Source of the DNA: Candidatus Dormiibacterota bacterium
GTDB taxonomy: Bacteria > Chloroflexota > Dormibacteria > CF-121
DNA length: 50,485 nt
NCBI GenBank assembly: GCA_035947855.1
Contig: DASZJR010000039.1
Location: 1-50,485 of the forward strand
Direction: 5' to 3'
Shown: positions 47,232 to 50,485 of the stretch, piece after piece
How the letters are laid out: each line of letters begins with the position of its first letter
Position numbering within the stretch: position 1 is the first letter of the stretch
Program-made: the position numbers and the translations under genes
Notes under the pieces: generated by a model
Seen by the model: the letters and a program-made list of their open reading frames with translations, nothing else
Database searches by the model: none
Told to the model about the DNA's origin: nothing

Positions 47232-48389
47232 CTACCTTGGCGGCGCCGCCTCGTTGGTTGCCGCGCGGGCGAGCAGCAGGGCGCCGGTCGTCGCCGGGAT
47301 CAAGCTGAGCAAACCGCCCGCGACGAGGGCGGTCGCGACGGGTGGGCTGAGCGCCCCCGTGGCCAGCGCGAGCGCGGCGGCCGCGGCGGGCAGACCAAGC
47401 TGCGCGGAGGCGAGCAGGCCGGCCGAAAGCCGATGCTGTTCGCCCACAGCGACCGCCGCCACCAGGTGGACCACGGTGGCGGCCAGCGCCAGGGCAACGG
47501 CCAGGGCGATGGCGGACGGTGAGCGCGCCAATCCCTTCAAGTCGAGGCTGGCCCCCAGCAGGACGAAGAAGGCCGGGACGAAGAACCCGCTTGCCAGCCC
47601 GGTGAGCTCGAGGGTGAGGCGGTGCGGCTCGCCAAACTGGCGGAGGACGATGCCGGCGGCGAAGCCCGCCACCAGGAGGCTGGCGCCGGTGTGCTCGGCA
47701 ATCGCCCCGAGGAAGAGCAGCATCAGCACGGAAACCCGAAGTCGCAGGGCCCAGTGGCGCTCCTTAGATAGCCGTTTGGCCCGCTGGGCCGGAGCGGATC
47801 CAAAGAACCGGCGACCAACCACAATGATCAGCGCCGCGGCGGCGATGATGAGCGCGTCGCCGAATAGCGCGGCCGGGATATGGCCGGCGCTGGTCAGGGC
47901 GAGAGGCATGAGCAGCGCGGTGACGGCGTCGGCGAGCGCGATCCAGGCGATGACGAACGCGACGGCAGGGCCCGTCAGCCCCTCTTCACGGATCGTGGGC
48001 AGCGCGACCGCGGCCGAGCTACCGGCGAGCAGGACGATAAACAGCGCCGCATGGGTCGATCCCACCCAGGCGCCGATGACGAGGCCGGCCGGCACGGCCA
48101 CCAGCAGCGTGACCAGGAAGGCGAGCCCCGCCCGGAGGGCGCTATCCCGCAGCAGCTTCGAGCCGAGATCAATCTCGGTTCCCGATTCGAGCATCAGCAT
48201 GGCGAACCCGAGCGAGGCGATCGAGGGAAAGGGCCCCGATGCCGGGTCGATCAGGTGCAGCGCGGTCCGCCCGAGCAGGATCCCGCCGATGAGCTCACCG
48301 ACCAGCACCGGCACCCGCAACCGGCGGCCCGACGCGAGGAGGGGGCCGACGAGGCCGGCCAGCACGACGACGGCCAGGTCCGTGTACAT
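47232..48389 (-). CDS. Cation:proton antiporter (Na+/H+ exchanger, CPA family)
   Basis: 385 aa and multi-TM: VPVLVGELIGGILLG, GFAMLMLESGTEIDL. The equally long plus-strand ORF 47209..48423 is its low-complexity mirror. Confidence 0.85.
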   Translation of the reverse strand: MYTDLAVVVLAGLVGPLLASGRRLRVPVLVGELIGGILLGRTALHLIDPASGPFPSIASLGFAMLMLESGTEIDLGSKLLRDSALRAGLAFLVTLLVAVPAGLVIGAWVGSTHAALFIVLLAGSSAAVALPTIREEGLTGPAVAFVIAWIALADAVTALLMPLALTSAGHIPAALFGDALIIAAAALIIVVGRRFFGSAPAQRAKRLSKERHWALRLRVSVLMLLFLGAIAEHTGASLLVAGFAAGIVLRQFGEPHRLTLELTGLASGFFVPAFFVLLGASLDLKGLARSPSAIALAVALALAATVVHLVAAVAVGEQHRLSAGLLASAQLGLPAAAAALALATGALSPPVATALVAGGLLSLIPATTGALLLARAATNEAAPPR

Positions 48390-48466
48390 CGCCCTGTTAT
48401 ACCGGTCGGCCGGGGCTCCCTAAGCTTTGGTGGGCAGCTGCCGTTGTTCTTCCCGGGGGTCCGACC

Positions 48467-48601
48467 ATGTTCCGCTGGATGCTCTTCTTCGTCTTGATCC
48501 TGGCCGGGATTCTGGCCTTCGTGACCTGGGTCATGGGGGTGCCGATTCCAGGCCTTTCCCAGTTCGGCATCCAGCAGCCGACGTCGCCCTTTGGGCCCTG
48601 A
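48467..48601 (+). CDS. Possible 44-aa single-TM small protein
   Basis: MFRWMLFFVLILAGILAFVTWVMGVPIPGLSQFGIQQPTSPFGP*. Strong G/C bias at third positions and a G-rich stretch upstream. It is below the ORF-track cut-off. Confidence 0.35.
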   Translation: MFRWMLFFVLILAGILAFVTWVMGVPIPGLSQFGIQQPTSPFGP

Positions 48602-48786
48602 GCGGGGGCGGCCCGAGAGCGCCCAGCGGAGTTTCCCAAACCCTTCCCCTGGGGGAGATGGAGTGCTAGACTAACCGCCGATTAGTCTGACAGATCTCAG
48701 ATCGACGACCTGACCCGCACAGCCCGGGGACGCTACCCCGGGGCCGATCGCGAAGCGAAAGTTTCGCGACGAATATGTTTGCGCGC

Positions 48787-48816
48787 TTGACAGCCTGGGT
48801 ACAGGCATGTTAGGAT
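48787..48816 (+). promoter_or_regulatory. Candidate promoter for rpoB
   Basis: TTGACA (48787-48792), 18-nt spacer, TAGGAT (48811-48816), about 90 nt before the rpoB ATG. Confidence 0.35.
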
Positions 48817-48907
48817 TGCCGTTCGGTGCTTCCAGGGTTGCTCTTCCGCGTCCCTAGCACTACCGGCCTGCCCACCATTTTTTCCTGCTTCATCTAAAGG
48901 AGAGTCC

Positions 48908-50485
48908 ATGATTCAGCCTTCCTCTAACGGCTCTTCTCGCGTCAGCTACGGCCGTATTCCGGACATGCTCCCGGTCGCCGAGTTGATCGAGACCCAGATC
49001 CGCTCCTTCAACTGGTTCAAGCGCGAGGGGCTTCGGGAGCTGTTCGAAGAGATCAACCCGATCACCGACTACACCGGTAAGAACTACGAGCTCAAATTCC
49101 TTGACTACGAGTTCGGCCAGCCCAAGTTCGACAAGGAGGAGTGCCGCAACCGCGATATGACGTTCGCGGCTCCGCTGCGCATCAATACCCGGCTGACGAT
49201 CCGGACCGGCGAAAACGCCGGCGAGATCAAGGAATCGGAAGTCTTCATGGGTGACTTCCCGATCATGACCGAGGAAGGCACCTTCATCGTCAACGGCACG
49301 GAGCGGGTGGTCGTCTCGCAGCTGGTTCGTTCCCCCGGCATCTACTTCACCAATAGCGAGGATCGGGCGTCGGGCCGCATGCTCTACGCCGCCAAGCTGA
49401 TCCCCAACCGCGGCGCCTGGCTCGAGATCGAGACCTCGGGCAAGGACGTGCTGACCGTCAAGATCGACCGCAAGCGGAAGATCCCGGTCACCACGCTGGT
49501 GCGCGCCCTCGGCTACGGCAGCAACAACGAGATCAAGGCGCTGTTCGCCGACGTCGACAACAACGCTGAGCACAAGTTCATCCAGTCGACCCTGGAGAAG
49601 GACTCGTCGACCGACGTCAATGACGCCCTGGTCGAGATGTACAAGAAAATCCGCCCCGGTGACCCGCCAACCGTCGACAACGCGCGCGCGCTGATGACAG
49701 CGCTGTTCTTCAACCCGCGCCGCTTCGATCTCTCGAAGGTGGGTCGTTTCAAGCTGAACCGGCGACTGGGCCTGGGCACGGACATGAATGTCCGCACCCT
49801 CTCCAACGACGACTTCATCGCCATCATCCGCAAGCTGATCGAGCTGAACAACGGCACCGGCGAGCCGGATGACATCGACCACCTCGGCAATCGCCGGGTG
49901 CGCGCCGTCGGCGAGCTGCTGCAGAACCAGTTCCGCATGGGCTTGATCCGGATGGAGCGCATCATCAAGGAGCGGATGACGATCTGCGACGCGGCCACCG
50001 TGACCGCGGCCAGCTTGATCAACGCGCGCCCCGTGGTGGCGGCGATCAAGGAGTTCTTCGGGTCGAGCCAGCTCTCCCAGTTCATGGATCAGACCAATCC
50101 GCTGGCCGAGCTGACGCACAAGCGCCGCCTGTCGGCGTTGGGCCCCGGCGGCCTCTCGCGCGAGCGCGCCGGCTTCGATGTCCGCGACGTTCACCATTCC
50201 CACTACGGCCGCATTTGCCCGATCGAGACCCCGGAAGGTCCGAACATCGGCCTGATCGGCTCGCTGGCGACCTTCGCGCGCGTCAACGAGTACGGCTTCA
50301 TCGAAACGCCGTTCCGCCGCGTGTACAGCACGATGCCCGCCGATAAGGCGCACCGCGACAAGCTGGTGGGCCGGACGCTGCGCGACGATGTGCTGGATTC
50401 CGCCAACCGCAAGACCAAGCTCGCCAAGAAGGGCGATCTGCTGGATCGTGACCTGGTGGAGTCGCTCGTCAAGGCGAAGGCCGGC
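48908..50485 (+). CDS. rpoB: DNA-directed RNA polymerase beta subunit, N-terminal 526 codons (runs off the right edge)
   Basis: AAGGAGAG RBS and ATG 48908. [37 protein letters not shown]...[32 protein letters not shown]...[47 protein letters not shown]. It is absent from the ORF track because no stop codon lies in the window. Confidence 0.95.
   Translation, partial: MIQPSSNGSSRVSYGRIPDMLPVAELIETQIRSFNWFKREGLRELFEEINPITDYTGKNYELKFLDYEFGQPKFDKEECRNRDMTFAAPLRINTRLTIRTGENAGEIKESEVFMGDFPIMTEEGTFIVNGTERVVVSQLVRSPGIYFTNSEDRASGRMLYAAKLIPNRGAWLEIETSGKDVLTVKIDRKRKIPVTTLVRALGYGSNNEIKALFADVDNNAEHKFIQSTLEKDSSTDVNDALVEMYKKIRPGDPPTVDNARALMTALFFNPRRFDLSKVGRFKLNRRLGLGTDMNVRTLSNDDFIAIIRKLIELNNGTGEPDDIDHLGNRRVRAVGELLQNQFRMGLIRMERIIKERMTICDAATVTAASLINARPVVAAIKEFFGSSQLSQFMDQTNPLAELTHKRRLSALGPGGLSRERAGFDVRDVHHSHYGRICPIETPEGPNIGLIGSLATFARVNEYGFIETPFRRVYSTMPADKAHRDKLVGRTLRDDVLDSANRKTKLAKKGDLLDRDLVESLVKAKAG

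Noticed and set aside
47209-48423. A 404-aa plus-strand ORF that fully overlaps the antiporter gene. Similar long antisense ORFs include 48890..50353(-) opposite rpoB, 20160..21311(-) opposite cheA, 15021..15977(-), 8344..9099(-), 39235..40035(-), 40130..41194(-), 42264..43127(-) and 45785..46711(-).
   Set aside because: These are typical mirror ORFs of a high-GC genome. Their translations are Arg/Ala/Pro/Ser-rich low-complexity strings, while the opposite strand encodes clearly recognisable proteins.

Overview
High-GC chromosomal segment, about 50.5 kb, most consistent with an actinobacterium-like or other Terrabacteria genome. I found no rRNA, no CRISPR array, no intact transposase or integrase, and no defence system that I recognise.

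Gene content from left to right:
(1) 1-11 kb: a DevS/DevR (DosS/DosR)-like heme-kinase and NarL-type regulator locus with a Zn-alcohol dehydrogenase. It also holds a second DevR paralogue, two paralogous SRPBCC-like genes, a reverse-order Pat-type GNAT/acyl-CoA-synthetase protein and a P1B-type ATPase. GGGAC-N4-GTCCC palindromes sit in its intergenic regions.
(2) 11-13.6 kb: an orphan IucD/PvdA-type N-hydroxylase plus several decayed genes.
(3) 13.6-21.8 kb: a FIST sensor and a GAF-GGDEF-EAL enzyme, followed by a compact Che-like operon (cheW-cheW-mcp-cheA-RR) with no cheR or cheB.
(4) 21.8-37 kb: assorted accessory and detoxification-type genes. These are NUDIX, ArsR-SRPBCC, TetR with tautomerase and MFS, a FAD oxidase, a CAP-domain protein, an AraC cluster with three VOC genes, an APC permease, a DksA/TraR protein with an SDH protease, and an epimerase.
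(5) 37.2-37.9 kb: tRNA-Thr(TGT), a partial direct copy of its 3' half, an internally deleted IS481-type transposase and four 16-nt direct repeats. I read this as the scar of an integrated element.
(6) 38-50.5 kb: a rhodanese, an L,D-transpeptidase, and the conserved rpmG, tRNA-Trp, secE, nusG, rplK, rplA, rplJ, rplL and rpoB region, interrupted by a DUF1801 gene and by a corA/antiporter block.

The most interesting signals are the DosR-box regulon architecture, the FIST / c-di-GMP / minimal Che module, and the tRNA-Thr scar. Everything here comes from reading the sequence and from recalled family signatures. No database search was run.
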